A stretch of 64,000 nucleotides of DNA from the human T2T-CHM13v2.0 reference genome, Homo sapiens. Position numbers and translations under genes: made by a program. This document shows, piece by piece, positions 1 to 13,423 of the stretch. Position 1 is the first letter of the stretch. Each line of letters opens with the position of its first letter. Below the pieces are notes generated by a model. That model was not told the DNA's origin, did no database searches, and saw nothing but the letters and a program-made list of their open reading frames with translations. The DNA lies in NCBI RefSeq assembly GCF_009914755.1, contig NC_060946.1; one strand, 5' to 3'.

Positions 1-162
1 GGGAGGCTGAGACGAGGAGAAGATCACTTGAGGCCCCACAGGTCGAGGCTTCGGTCGGCCGTGACCCACTGTATCCTGGGCAGTCACCGGTCAAGGAGAT
101 ATGCCCCTTCCCCGTTTGCTTTTCTTTTCTTCCCTTCTCTTTTCTTCTTTTTGCTTCTCTTT

Positions 163-194
<32 letters not shown>

Positions 195-279
195 TTTCTT
201 TTTCTCTCTTCCCCTCTTTCTTTCCTGCCTTCCTGCCTTTCTTCTTTTCTTCTTTCCTCCCTTCCTCCCTTCCTTCTTT

Positions 280-972
280 CCTCCCGCCTCAGCCTCCCAA
301 AGTGCTGGGATGACTGGCGGGAGGCACCATGCCTGCTTGGCCCAAAGAGACCCTCTTGGAAAGTGAGACGCAGAGAGCGCCTTCCAGTGATCTCATTGAC
401 TGATTTAGAGACGGCATCTCGCTCCGTCACCCCGGCAGTGGTGCCGTCGTAACTCACTCCCTGCAGCGTGGACGCTCCTGGACTCGAGCGATCCTTCCAC
501 CTCAGCCTCCAGAGTACAGAGCCTGGGACCGCGGGCACGCGCCACTGTGCCCACACCGTTTTTAATTGTTTTTTTTTCCCCCGAGACAGAGTTTCACTCT
601 CGTGGCCTAGACTGCAGTGCGGTGGCGCGATCTTGGCTCACCGCAACCTCTGCCTCCCGGTTTCAAGCGATTCTCCTGCATCGGCCTCCTGAGTAGCCGG
701 GATTGCGGGCATGCGCTGCCACGTCTGGCTGATTTCGTATTTTTAGTGGAGACGGGGCTTCTCCATGTCGATCGGGCTGGTTTCGAACTCCCGACCTCAG
801 GTGATCCGCCCTCCCCGGCCTCCGGAAGTGCTGGGATGACAGGCGTGAGCCACCGCGCCCGGCCTTCATTTTTAAATGTTTTCCCACAGACGGGGTCTCA
901 TCATTTCTTTGCAACCCTCCTGCCCGGCGTCTCAAAGTGCTGGCGTGACGGGCGTGAGCCACTGCGCCTGGA
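280..972 (-). mobile_element. Alu cluster: fragment 280-342, monomer 405-560, full Alu 568-864 (AluS-like), monomer 868-972
   Basis: Antisense Alu motifs CCTCCCAAAGTGCTGGGA, GAGCCACCGCGCCCGGCC, TTCAAGCGATTCTCCTG; repeated at +45321. Confidence 0.88.
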
Positions 973-1012
973 CTCCGGGGAATGACTCACGACCACCATC
1001 GCTCTACTGATC

Positions 1013-1055
<43 letters not shown>

Positions 1056-1603
1056 GATGAATTATCTTATGATTTATTTGTGTACTTATTTTCAGACGGA
1101 GTCTCGCTCTGGGCGGGGCGAGGCGAGGCGAGGCACAGCGCATCGCTTTGGAAGCCGCGGCAACGCCTTTCAAAGCCCCATTCGTATGCACAGAGCCTTA
1201 TTCCCTTCCTGGAGTTGGAGCTGATGCCTTCCGTAGCCTTGGGCTTCTCTCCATTCGGAAGCTTTGACAGGCGCAACCCCACCCAGAGGCTGGCTGCGGC
1301 TGAGGATTAGGGGGTGTGTTGGGGCTGAAAACTGGGTCCCCTATTTTTGATACCTCAGCCGACACATCCCCCGACCGCCATCGCTTGCTCGCCCTCTGAG
1401 ATCCCCCGCCTCCACCGCCTTGCAGGCTCACCTCTTACTTTCATTTCTTCCTTTCTTGCGTTTGAGGAGGGGGTGCGGGAATGAGGGTGTGTGTGGGGAG
1501 GGGGTGCGGGGTGGGGACGGAGGGGAGCGTCCTAAGGGTCGATTTAGTGTCATGCCTCTTTCACCACCACCACCACCACCGAAGATGACAGCAAGGATCG
1601 GCT

Positions 1604-1871
1604 AAATACCGCGTGTTCTCATCTAGAAGTGGGAACTTACAGATGACAGTTCTTGCATGGGCAGAACGAGGGGGACCGGGGACGCGGAAGTCTGCTTGAG
1701 GGAGGAGGGGTGGAAGGAGAGACAGCTTCAGGAAGAAAACAAAACACGAATACTGTCGGACACAGCACTGACTACCCGGGTGATGAAATCATCTGCACAC
1801 TGAACACCCCCGTCACAAGTTTACCTATGTCACAATCTTGCACATGTATGCTTGAACGACAAATAAAAGTT
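1604..1871 (+). mobile_element. LINE-1 3' terminal fragment (old primate L1PA/L1PB-like) followed by a (GA)n tail
   Basis: TGTTCTCA..AAGTGGGA, GGGTGATGAAATCATCTG, CACAAGTTTACCTATGT, TGCACATGTA and AATAAAAGTT resemble the L1 3'UTR. Confidence 0.75.
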
Positions 1872-2036
1872 AGGGGGGAGAAGAGAGGAGAGAGAGAGAG
1901 AGAGAGAGACAGAGAGAGACAGAGAGAGAGAGAGAGGAGGGAGAGAGAAAACGAAACACCACCTCCTTGACCTGAGTCAGGGGGTTTCTGGCCTTTTGGG
2001 AGAACGTTCAGCGACAATGCAGTATTTGGGCCCGTT

Positions 2037-2340
2037 CTTTTTTTTTCTTCTTCTTTTCTTTCTTTTTTTTTGGACTGAGTCTCTCTCGCTCTGTCACCCA
2101 GGCTGCGGTGCGGTGGCGCTCTCTCGGCTCACTGAAACCTCTGCTTCCCGGGTTCCAGTGATTCTTCTTCGGTAGCTGGGATTACAGGCGCACACCATGA
2201 CGGCCGGCTCATATTCCTATTTTCAGTAGAGACGGGGTTTCTCCACGTTGGCCACGCTGGTCTCGAACTCCTGACCTCAAATGATCCGCCTTCCTGGGCC
2301 TCCCAAAGTGCTGGAAACGACAGGCCTGAGCCGCCGGGAT
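2037..2340 (-). mobile_element. Alu (LR1; paralog at 6498-6800)
   Basis: T-rich tail, GCTCTGTCACCCAGGCTG ... CCTCCCAAAGTGCTGG. Confidence 0.88.
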
Positions 2341-2624
2341 TTCAGCCTTTAAAAGCGCGGGCCCTGCCACCTTTCGCTGTGGCCCTTACGCTCAGAATGA
2401 CGTGTCCTCTCTGCCGTAGGTTGACTCCTTGAGTCCCCTAGGCCATTGCACTGTAGCCTGGGCAGCAAGAGCCAAACTCCGTCCCCCCACCTCCCCGCGC
2501 ACATAATAACTAACTAACAAACTAACTAACTAACTAAACTAACTAAATAAATAAAATCTCTACACGTCACCTCTAAGTGTGTGTTCCCGTGAGGAGTGAT
2601 TTCTAAGAAATGGCACTGTACACT

Positions 2625-3015
<391 letters not shown>

Positions 3016-3029
3016 CTACTGGGCTAGGG

Positions 3030-3387
3030 CCTTCTCTCTGTCTGTTTCTCTCTGTTCGTCTCTGTCTTTCTCTCTGTGTCTCTTTCTCTGTCTGTCTGTC
3101 TCTTTCTTTCTCTCTGTCTCTGTCTCTGTCTTTGTCTCTCTCTCTCCCTCTCTGCCTGTCTCACTGTGTCTGTCTTCTGTCTTACTCTCTTTCTCTCCCC
3201 GTCTGTCTCTCTCTCTCTCTCTCCCTCCCTGTTTGTTTCTCTCTCTCCCTCCCTGTCTGTTTCTCTCTCTCTCTTTCTGTCTGTTTCTGTCTCTCTCTGT
3301 CTGTCTATGTCTTTCTCTGTCTGTCTCTTTCTCTGTCTGTCTGCCTCTCTCTTTCTTTTTCTGTGTCTCTCTGTCGGTCTCTCTCTC

Positions 3388-3422
<35 letters not shown>

Positions 3423-3614
3423 GTGCCTATCTTCTGTCTTACTCTCTTTCTCTGCCTGTCTGTCTGTCTCTCCCTCCCTTTCTGTTTCTCTCTCTCTCTC
3501 TCTCTCTCTCCCCCTCTCCCTGTCTGTTTCTCTCCGTCTCTCTCTCTTTCTGTCTGTTTCTCACTGTCTCTCTCTGTCCATCTCTCTCTCTCTCTGTCTG
3601 TCTCTTTCGTTCTC

Positions 3615-3670
<56 letters not shown>

Positions 3671-3713
3671 ACTCTCTGTGTGTATCTTCTGTCTTACTCT
3701 CCTTCTCTGCCTG

Positions 3714-3747
<34 letters not shown>

Positions 3748-4076
3748 CCTTTCTGTCTCTCTCTCTCTCTGTCCCTCTCTCTTTCTGTCTGTTCCTCTCT
3801 CTCTCTCTGTCTCTGTCTTTCTCTGTCTGTCTGCCTCTCTCTTTCTTTCTCTTTCTGTGTCTCTCTGTCTCTCTCTCTGTGCCTATCTTCTGTCTTACTC
3901 TCTTTCTCTGCCTGCCTGCCTGTCTGTCTGTCTGTCTCTCTCTGTCTCTCTCCCTGCCTTTCTGTTTCTCTCTCTCTCCCTCTCTCGCTCTCTCTGTCTT
4001 TCTCTCTTTCTCTCTGTTTCTCTGTCTCTCTCTGTCCGTCTCTGTCTTTTTCTGTCTGTCTCTCTCTTTCTTTCTG

Positions 4077-4109
<33 letters not shown>

Positions 4110-4205
4110 GCTTGTCTCTCTCACTGTGTCTGTCCTCTGTCTTACTCTCCTTCTCTGCCTGTCCGTCTGTCTGTCTGTCTCTCTCTCTCTCCCTCCCTTT
4201 CTGTT

Positions 4206-4256
<51 letters not shown>

Positions 4257-5177
4257 GTTTCTCTTTCTCTCTCTGTCTGTCTCTGTCTTTCTCTGTCTGT
4301 CTCTTTCTCTGTCTGTCTGTCTCCTTCTCTCTGTCTCCGTCTCTGTCTCTCTCTCTCTGTCTCTCTCTCTCTGCCTGTCTCACTGTGTCTGTCTTCTGTC
4401 TTATTCTCTTTCTCTGTCTGTCTGTCTCTCTCTCTCCCTTCCTGTCTCTTTCTCTCTCTCTCTCTCTTTCTGTCTGTTTCTCTCTGCCTGTCTCCGTCTT
4501 TCTCTGTCTGCCTCTCTCTTTCTTTTTCTGCGTCTCTCTGTCTCTCTCTCTCTGTGCCTATCTTCTGTCTTACTCTGTTTCTCTGCCTGCCTGTCTGTCT
4601 GTCTGTCTCTCTCTCTCTCTGTCTCTCTCTCTTTCTGTCTGTTTCTCTCTGTCTCTCTGTCCATCTCTGTCTTTCTCTGTCCGTCTCTCTCTTTCTCCCT
4701 GTCTCTGTCTCTGCCTCTGCCTCTCTCTCTCTCTGTCTCTCTCTTTCTATCTGTTTCTCTCTGTCTCTCTGTCCATCTCTGTCTTTCTCTGTCTGTCTCT
4801 CTCTTTCTCCCTGTCTCTGTCTCTGCCTCTCTCTCTCTCTCTCTGTCTGTCTCTCTCACTGTGTGTGTGTCTCTGTCTCTGCCTCTCTCTCTCTCTCTCT
4901 CTCTGTCTGTCTCTCTCACTGTGTGTGTCTGTCTTCTGTCTTACTCTCCTTCTCTGCCTGTCCGTCTGTCTGTCTGTCTCTCCCTCTCTCTCCCTCCCTT
5001 TCTGTTTCTCTCTCTCTCTCTCTCTCTTTCTGTCTGTTTCTCTCTTTCTCTCTCTGTCTGTCTCTTTCTCTGTCTGTCTGTCTCTCTCTTTCTTTTTCTC
5101 TGTCTCTCTGTCTCTCTCTGTGCCTGTCTCTCTGTCTGTGCCTATCTTCTGTCTTACTCTCTTTCTCTGGCTGACTG

Positions 5178-5218
<41 letters not shown>

Positions 5219-5335
5219 GTCTCCGTCCCTCCCTCCCTGTCTGTCTGTTTCTCTCTCTGTCCATTTCTGTCTGTCTCTTTCTCTTTCTCTCTCTTTCTTT
5301 CTCTCTGTCTCTCTCTGTCTCTCTCTGTCTCTCTC

Positions 5336-5376
<41 letters not shown>

Positions 5377-5455
5377 CTCTCTCACTGTGTCGGTCTTCTG
5401 TCTTACTCTCTTTCTCTGCCTGCCTCTCTGTCTGTCTGTCTGTCTCTCTCCCTCC

Positions 5456-5490
<35 letters not shown>

Positions 5491-5592
5491 ACTGTCTCTC
5501 CGTCTCTCTCTCTTTCTGTCTGTTTCTCTCTGTCTCTGTCTTTCTGTGTGTCTGTCTGTCTCTCTCTCTATTTGTCTTTCTCCCTCCCTGTC

Positions 5593-5633
<41 letters not shown>

Positions 5634-5700
5634 GTCTGTTTCTCTCTATCTCTCGCTGTCCATCTCTGTCTTTCTATGTCTGTCTCTTTCTCTGTCAGTC
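3030..5700. repeat. CT/CTGT-rich low-complexity tract (LR1)
   Basis: Almost pure (CT)n, (CTGT)n and (CTTT)n. Confidence 0.97.
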
Positions 5701-6029
5701 TGTCAGACACCCCCGTGCCGGGTAGGGCCCTGCCCCTTCCACGAAAGTGAGAAGCGCGTGCTTCGGTGCTTAGAGAGGCCGAGAGGAATCTAGACAGGCG
5801 GGCCTTGCTGGGCTTCCCCACTCGGTGTATGATTTCGGGAGGTCGAGGCCGGGTCCCCGCTTGGATGCGAGGGGCATTTTCAGACTTTTCTCTCGGTCAC
5901 GTGTGGCGTCCGTACTTCTCCTATTTCCCCGATAAGCTCCTCGACTTCAACATAAACGGCGTCCTAAGGGTCGATTTAGTGTCATGCCTCTTTCACCGCC
6001 ACCACCGAAGATGAAAGCAAAGATCGGCT

Positions 6030-6297
6030 AAATACCGCGTGTTCTCATCTAGAAGTGGGAACTTACAGATGACAGTTCTTGCATGGGCAGAACGAGGGGG
6101 ACCGGGGACGCGGAAGCCTGCTTGAGGGAGGAGGGGTGGAAGGAGAGACAGCTTCAGGAAGAAAACAAAACACGAATACTGTCGGACACAGCACTGACTA
6201 CCCGGGTGATGAAATCATCTGCACACTGAACACCCCCGTCACAAGTTTACCTATGTCACAGTCTTGCTCATGTATGCTTGAACGACAAATAAAAGTT
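6030..6297 (+). mobile_element. LINE-1 3' terminal fragment (LR2 copy)
   Basis: Paralog of 1604-1871. Confidence 0.75.
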
Positions 6298-6355
6298 CGG
6301 GGGGGAGAAGAGAGGAGAGAGAGAGAGAGACGGGGAGAGAGGGGGGAGAGGGGGG

Positions 6356-6408
<53 letters not shown>

Positions 6409-7168
6409 GTAAAACCAACCACCACCTCCTTGACCTGAGTCAGGGGGTTTCTGGCCTTTTGGGAGAACGTTCAGCGACAATGCAGTATTTGGGCCCGTTC
6501 TTTTTTTCTTCTTCTTCTTTTCTTTCTTTTTTTTGGACTGAGTCTCTCTCGCTCTGTCACCCAGGCTGCGGTGCGGTGGCGCTCTCTCGGCTCACTGAAA
6601 CCTCTGCTTCCCGGGTTCCAGTGATTCTTCTTCGGTAGCTGGGATTACAGGTGCGCACCATGACGGCCGGCTCATCGTTCTATTTTTAGTAGAGACGGGG
6701 TTTCTCCACGTTGGCCACGCTGGTCTCGAACTCCTGACCACAAATGATCCACCTTCCTGGGCCTCCCAAAGTGCTGGAAACGACAGGCCTGAGCCGCCGG
6801 GATTTCAGCCTTTAAAAGCGCGGGCCCTGCCACCTTTCGCTGCGGCCCTTACGCTCAGAATGACGTGTCCTCTCTGCCATAGGTTGACTCCTTGAGTCCC
6901 TAGGCCATTGCACTGTAGCCTGGGCAGCAAGAGCCAAACTCCGTCCCCCCACCTCCCCGCGCACATAATAACTAACTAACTAACTAACTAACTAAAATCT
7001 CTACACGTCACCCATAAGTGTGTGTTCCCGTGAGGAGTGATTTCTAAGAAATGGCACTGTACACTGAACGCAGTGGCTCACGTCTGTCATCCCGAGGTCA
7101 GGAGTTCGAGACCAGCCCGGCCAACGTGGTGAAACCCCCGTCTCTACTGAAAATACGAAATGGAGTCA

Positions 7169-7444
<276 letters not shown>

Positions 7445-7459
7445 CTACTGGGCTAGGGC

Positions 7460-7978
7460 CTTCTCTCTGTCTGTTTCTCTCTGTTCGTCTCTGTCTTTCT
7501 CTCTGTGTCTCTTTCTCTGTCTGTCTGTCTGTCTGTCTGTCTCTTTCTTTCTTTCTGTCTCTGTCTTTGTCCCTCTCTCTCCCTCTCTGCCTGTCTCACT
7601 GTGTCTGTCTTCTATCTTACTCTCTTTCTCTCCCCGTCTGTCTCTCTCTCACTCCCTCCCTGTCTGTTTCTCTCTCTCTCTCTTTCTGTCTGTTTCTGTC
7701 TCTCTCTGTCTGCCTCTCTCTTTCTCTATCTGTCTCTTTCTCTGTCTGTCTGCCCCTCTCTTTCTTTTTCTGTGTCTCTCTGTCTGTCTCTCTCTCTCTC
7801 TGTGCCTATCTTCTGTCTTACTCTCTTTCTCTGCCTGTCTGTCTGTCTCTCTCTGTCTCTCCCTCCCTTTCTGCTTCTCTCTCTCTCTCTCTCTCTCTCC
7901 CCCCTCCCTGTCTGTTTCTCTCTGTCTCCCTCTCTTTCTGTCTGTTTCTCACTGTCTCTCTCTGTCTGTCTGTTTCAT

Positions 7979-8013
<35 letters not shown>

Positions 8014-8113
8014 GTCTCTCCCTCTCTGTGTGTATCTTTTGTCTTACTCTCCTTCTCTGCCTGTCCGTCTGTCTGTCTGTCTCTCTCTCTCCCTGTCCCT
8101 CTCTCTTTCTGTC

Positions 8114-8154
<41 letters not shown>

Positions 8155-8431
8155 GTCTTTCTCTGTCTGTCCCTTTCTCTGTCTGTCTGCCTCTCTCTTT
8201 CTCTTTCTGTGTCTCTCTGTCTCTCTCTCTGTGCCTATCTTCTGTCTTACTCTCTTTCTCTGCCTGTCTATCTGTCTGTCTCTCTCTGTCTCTCTCCCTG
8301 CCTTTCTGTTTCTCTCTCTCTCCCTCTCTCGCTCTCTCTGTCTTTCTCTCTTTCTCTCTGTTTCTCTGTCTCTCTCTGTCCGTCTCTGTCTTTTTCTGTC
8401 TGTCTGTCTCTCTCTTTCTTTCTGTCGTCTG

Positions 8432-8467
<36 letters not shown>

Positions 8468-8658
8468 TCCTTGTCTCTCTCACTGTGTCTGTCTTCTGTC
8501 TTACTCTCCTTCTCTGCCTGTCCATCTGTCTGTCTGTCTCTCTCTCTCTCTCCCTACCTTTCTGTTTCTCTCTCGCTAGCTCTCTCTCTCTCTGCCTGTT
8601 TCTCTCTTTCTCTCTCTGTCTTTCTCTGTCTGTCTCTTTCTCTGTCTGTCTGTCTCTT

Positions 8659-8703
<45 letters not shown>

Positions 8704-8946
8704 GCCTCTCTCACTGTGTCTGTCTTCTGTCTTATTCTCTTTCTCTCTCTGTCTCTCTCTCTCTCTCTCCTTTCCTGTCTGTTTTTCTCTCTCTCTCTCT
8801 CTTTCTGCCTGTTTCTCTCTGTCTGTCTCTGTCTTTCTCTGTCTGTCTGCCTCTCTCTTTCTTTTTCTGCGTCTCTCTGTCTCTCTCTCTCTCTCTGTTC
8901 CTATCTTCTGTCTTACTCTGTTTCCTTGCCTGCCTGCCTGTCTGTG

Positions 8947-8978
<32 letters not shown>

Positions 8979-9092
8979 CCTCCCTTTCTCTTTCTCTGTC
9001 TCTCTCTCTCTTTCTGTGTGTTTCTCTCTGTCTCTCTGTCCATCTCTGTCTTTCTATGTCTGTCTCTCTCTTTCTCTCTGTCTCTGTCTCTG

Positions 9093-9134
<42 letters not shown>

Positions 9135-9227
9135 ACTGTGTGTGTCTGTCTTCTGTCTTACTCTCCTTCTCTGCCTGTCCGTCTGTCTGTCTGTCTCTCT
9201 CTCTCCCTGTCCCTCTCTCTTTCTGTC

Positions 9228-9272
<45 letters not shown>

Positions 9273-9549
9273 GTCTTTCTCTGTCTGTCCCTTTCTCTGT
9301 CTGTCTGCCTCTCTCTTTCTCTTTCTGTGTCTCTCTGTCTCTCTCTCTGTGCCTATCTTCTGTCTTACTCTCTTTCTCTGCCTGTCTATCTGTCTGTCTC
9401 TCTCTGTCTCTCTCCCTGCCTTTCTGTTTCTCTCTCTCTCCCTCTCTCGCTCTCTCTGTCTTTCTCTCTTTCTCTCTGTTTCTCTGTCTCTCTCTGTCCG
9501 TCTCTGTCTTTTTCTGTCTGTCTGTCTCTCTCTTTCTTTCTGTCGTCTG

Positions 9550-9585
<36 letters not shown>

Positions 9586-9778
9586 TCCTTGTCTCTCTCA
9601 CTGTGTCTGTCTTCTGTCTTACTCTCCTTCTCTGCCTGTCCATCTGTCTGTCTGTCTCTCTCTCTCTCTCCCTACCTTTCTGTTTCTCTCTCGCTAGCTC
9701 TCTCTCTCTCTCTGCCTGTTTCTCTCTTTCTCTCTCTGTCTTTCTCTGTCTGTCTCTTTCTCTGTCTGTCTGTCTCTT

Positions 9779-9823
<45 letters not shown>

Positions 9824-10064
9824 GCCTCTCTCACTGTGTCTGTCTTCTGTCTTATTCTCTTTCTCTCTCTGTCTCTCTCTCTCTCCTTTCCTGTCTGTGT
9901 TTCTCTCTCTCTCTCTCTTTCTGCCTGTTTCTCTCTGTCTGTCTCTGTCTTTCTCTGTCTGTCTGCCTCTCTCTTTCTTTTTCTGCGTCTCTCTGTCTCT
10001 CTCTCTCTCTCTCTGTTCCTATCTTCTGTCTTACTCTGTTTCCTTGCCTGCCTGCCTGTCTGTG

Positions 10065-10101
<37 letters not shown>

Positions 10102-10211
10102 CCTTTCTCTTTCTCTGTCTCTCTCTCTCTTTCTGTGTGTTTCTCTCTGTCTCTCTGTCCATCTCTGTCTTTCTATGTCTGTCTCTCTCTTTCTCTCTGT
10201 CTCTGTCTCTG

Positions 10212-10248
<37 letters not shown>

Positions 10249-11167
10249 GTCTCTCTCACTGTGTGTGTCTGTCTTCTGTCTTACTCTCCTTCTCTGCCTG
10301 TCCGTCTGTCTGTCTGTCTCTCCCTCTCTCTCCCTCCCTTTCTGTTTCTCTCTCTCTCTCTTTCTGTCTGTTTCTCTCTTTCTCTCTCTGTCTGTCTCTT
10401 TCTCTGTCTGTCTGTCTCTCTCTTTCTTTTTCTCTGTCTCTCTGTCTCTCTCTGTGTCTGTCTCTCTGTCTGTGCCTATCTTCTGTCTTACTCTCTTTCT
10501 CTGGCTGTCTGCCTGTCTCTCTCTCTCTCTCTGTCTGTCTCCGTCCCTCTCTCCCTGTCTGTCTGTTTCTCTCTCTGCCTCTCTCTCTCTCTGTCTGTCT
10601 CTTTCTCTGTCTGTCTGTCTCTCTCTTTCTTTTTCTCTGTCTCTCTGTCTCTCTCTGTGTCTGTCTCTCTTTCTGTGCCTATCTTCTGTCTTACTCTCTT
10701 TCTCTGGCTGTCTGCCTGTCTCTCTCTCTCTGCCTGTCTCCGTCCCTCCCTCCCTGTCTGTCTGTTTCTCTCTCTGTCTCTGTCTCTCTGTCCATCTCTG
10801 TCTGTCTCTTTCTCTTTCTCTCTCTCTGTCTCTGTCTCTCTCTCTCTCTGCCTGTCTCTCTCACTGTGTCTGTCTTCTGTCTTACTCTCTTTCTCTGCCT
10901 GCCTCTCTGTCTGTCTGTCTCTCTCCCTCCATGTCTCTCTCTCTCTCTCACTCACTCTCTCTCCGTCTCTCTCTCTTTCTGTCTGTTTCTCTCTCTGTCT
11001 GTCTCTCTCCCTCCATGTCTCTCTCTCTCTCTCTCACTCACTCTCTCTCCGTCTCTCTCTCTCTTTCTGTCTGTTTCTCTCTCTGTCTGTCTCTCTCCCT
11101 CCATGTCTCTCTCTCTCCCTCTCACTCACTCTCTCTCCGTCTCTCTCTCTCTCTTTCTGTCTGTTTC

Positions 11168-11214
<47 letters not shown>

Positions 11215-11251
11215 GTTTGTCTTTCTCCCTCCCTGTCTGTCTGTCTGTCTC

Positions 11252-11284
<33 letters not shown>

Positions 11285-11360
11285 TTCTCTTTCTGTCTGT
11301 TTCTCTCTATCTCTCGCTGTCCATCTCTGTCTTTCTATGTCTGTCTCTTTCTCTGTCAGT
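7460..11360. repeat. CT/CTGT-rich low-complexity tract (LR2)
   Basis: Same composition as the LR1 tract; contains an internal duplication of about 1.1 kb. Confidence 0.97.
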
Positions 11361-11624
11361 CTGTCAGACACCCCCGTGCCGGGTAGGGCCCTGCCCCTTC
11401 CACGAGAGTGAGAAGCGCGTGCTTCGGTGCTTAGAGAGGCCGAGAGGAATCTAGACAGGCGGGCCTTGCTGGGCTTCCCCACTCGGTGTATGATTTCGGG
11501 AGGTCGAGGCCGGGTCCCCGCTTGGATGCGAGGGGCATTTTCAGACTTTTCTCTCGGTCACGTGTGGCGTCCGTACTTCTCCTATTTCCCCGATAAGCTC
11601 CTCGACTTCAACATAAACTGTTAA

Positions 11625-11835
11625 GGCCGGACGCAACACGGCGAAACCCCGTCTCTACTAAAAATACAAAGCTGAGTCGGGAGCGGTGGGGCAGGCCCCT
11701 GTAATGCCAGCTCCTCGGGAGGCTGAGGCGGGAGAATCGCTTGAACCAGGGAAGCGGAGGCTGCAGGGAGCCGAGATCGCGCCACTGCACTACGGCCCAG
11801 GCTGTAGAGTGAGTGAGACTCGGTCTCTAAATAAA
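11625..11835 (+). mobile_element. Alu with most of the left arm deleted
   Basis: GGCCGGACGC joined to AACACGGCGAAACCCCGTCTCTACTAAAAATACAAA; right arm intact. Confidence 0.85.
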
Positions 11836-11909
11836 TACGGAAATTAATTAATTCATTAATTCTTTTCCCTGCTGACGGACATTTGCAGGCAGGCATCGGT
11901 TGTCTTCGG

Positions 11910-11926
11910 GCATCACCTAGCGGCCA
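11910..11926 (-). promoter_or_regulatory. CTCF-like motif (mid-IGS)
   Basis: Minus strand TGGCCGCTAGGTGATGC, about 2 mismatches to the core consensus; unit-2 copy at 57231-57247. Confidence 0.5.
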
Positions 11927-13019
11927 CTGTTATTGAAAGTCGACGTGACACGGAGGGAGGTCTCGCCGACTTCACCGAGCCTGGGGCAACGGGTTTCTCT
12001 CTCTCCCTTCTGGAGGCCCCTCCCTCTCTCCCTCGTTGCCTAGGGAACCTCGCCTAGGGAACCTCCGCCCTGGCGGGGGCCCTATTGTTCTTTGATCGGC
12101 GCTTTACTTTTCTTTGTGTTTTGGCGCCTAGACTCTTCTACTTGGGCTTTGGGAAGGGTCAGTTTAATTTTCAAGTTGCCCCCCGGCTCCCCCCACTACC
12201 CACGTCCCTTCACCTTAATTTAGTGAGTCGGTTAGGTGGGTTTCCCCCAAACCGCCCCCCCCCCCCGCCTCCCAACACCCTGCTTGGAAACCTTCCAGAG
12301 CCACCCCGGTGTGCCTCCGTCTTCTCTCCCCTTCCCCCACCCCTTGCCGGCGATCTCATTCTTGCCAGGCTGACATTTGCATCGGTGGGCGTCAGGCCTC
12401 ACTCGGGGGCCACCGTTTTTGAAGATGGGGGCGGCACGGTCCCACTTCCCCGGAGGCAGCTTGGGCCGATGGCATAGCCCCTTGACCCGCGTGGGCAAGC
12501 GGGCGGGTCTGCAGTTGTGAGGCTTTTCCCCCCGCTGCTTCCCGCCTCAGGCCTCCCTCCCTAGGAAAGCTTCACCCTGGCTGGGTCTCGGTCACCTTTT
12601 ATCACGATGTTTTAGTTTCTCCGCCCTCCGGCCAGCAGAGTTTCACAATGCGAAGGGCGCCACGGCTCTAGTCTGGGCCTTCTCAGTACTTGCCCAAAAT
12701 AGAAACGCTTTCTGAAAACTAATAACTTTGCTCACTTAAGATTTCCAGGGACGGCGCCTTGGCCCGTGTTTGTTGGCTTGTTTTGTTTCGTTCTGTTTTG
12801 TTTTGTTCGTGTTTTTCCTTTCTCGTATGTCTTTCTTTTCAGGTGAAGTAGAAATCCCCAGTTTTCAGGAAGACGTCTATTTTCCCCAAGACACGTTAGC
12901 TGCCGTTTTTTCCTGTTGTGAACTAGCGCTTTTGTGACTCTCTCAACGTGCAGTGAGAGCCGGTTGATGTTTACCATCCTTCATCATGACATCTTATTTT
13001 CTAGAAATCCGTAGGCGAA

Positions 13020-13108
13020 TGCTGCTGCTGCTCTTGTTGCTGTTGTTGTTGTTGTTGTTGTCGTCGTTGCTGTTGTCGTTGTCGTTGTTGTTGTCGTTGT
13101 CGTTGTTT
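13020..13108. repeat. (GCT)/(GTT)/(GTC)n trinucleotide tract
   Basis: Direct inspection. Confidence 0.9.
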
Positions 13109-13189
13109 TCAAAGTATACCCCGGCCACCGTTTATGGGATCAAAAGCATTATAAAATATGTGTGATTATTTCTTGAGCACGCCCTTCCT

Positions 13190-13376
13190 CCCCCTCTCTC
13201 TGTCTCTCTGTCTGTCTCTGTCTCTCTCTTTCTCTGTCTGTCTTCTCTCTCTCTCTCTCTCTGTGTCTCTCTCTCTCTGCCTGTCTGTTTCTCTCTCTCT
13301 GCCTCTCTCTCTCTCTCTCTCTCTGCCTGTCTCTCTCACTGTGTCTGTCTTCTGTCTTACTCCCTTTCTCTGTCTG

Positions 13377-13423
<47 letters not shown>

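Noticed and set aside
1536-1546. GGGTCGATTTA at the start of each long repeat resembling a Sal box
   Set aside because: Only 7 of 11 positions match and the CCAG half is missing.
3173-5410. Recurrent anchor plus variable spacer pattern resembling a CRISPR array
   Set aside because: Spacers are 170-370 bp of low-complexity, mutually related sequence; human DNA with no cas genes.
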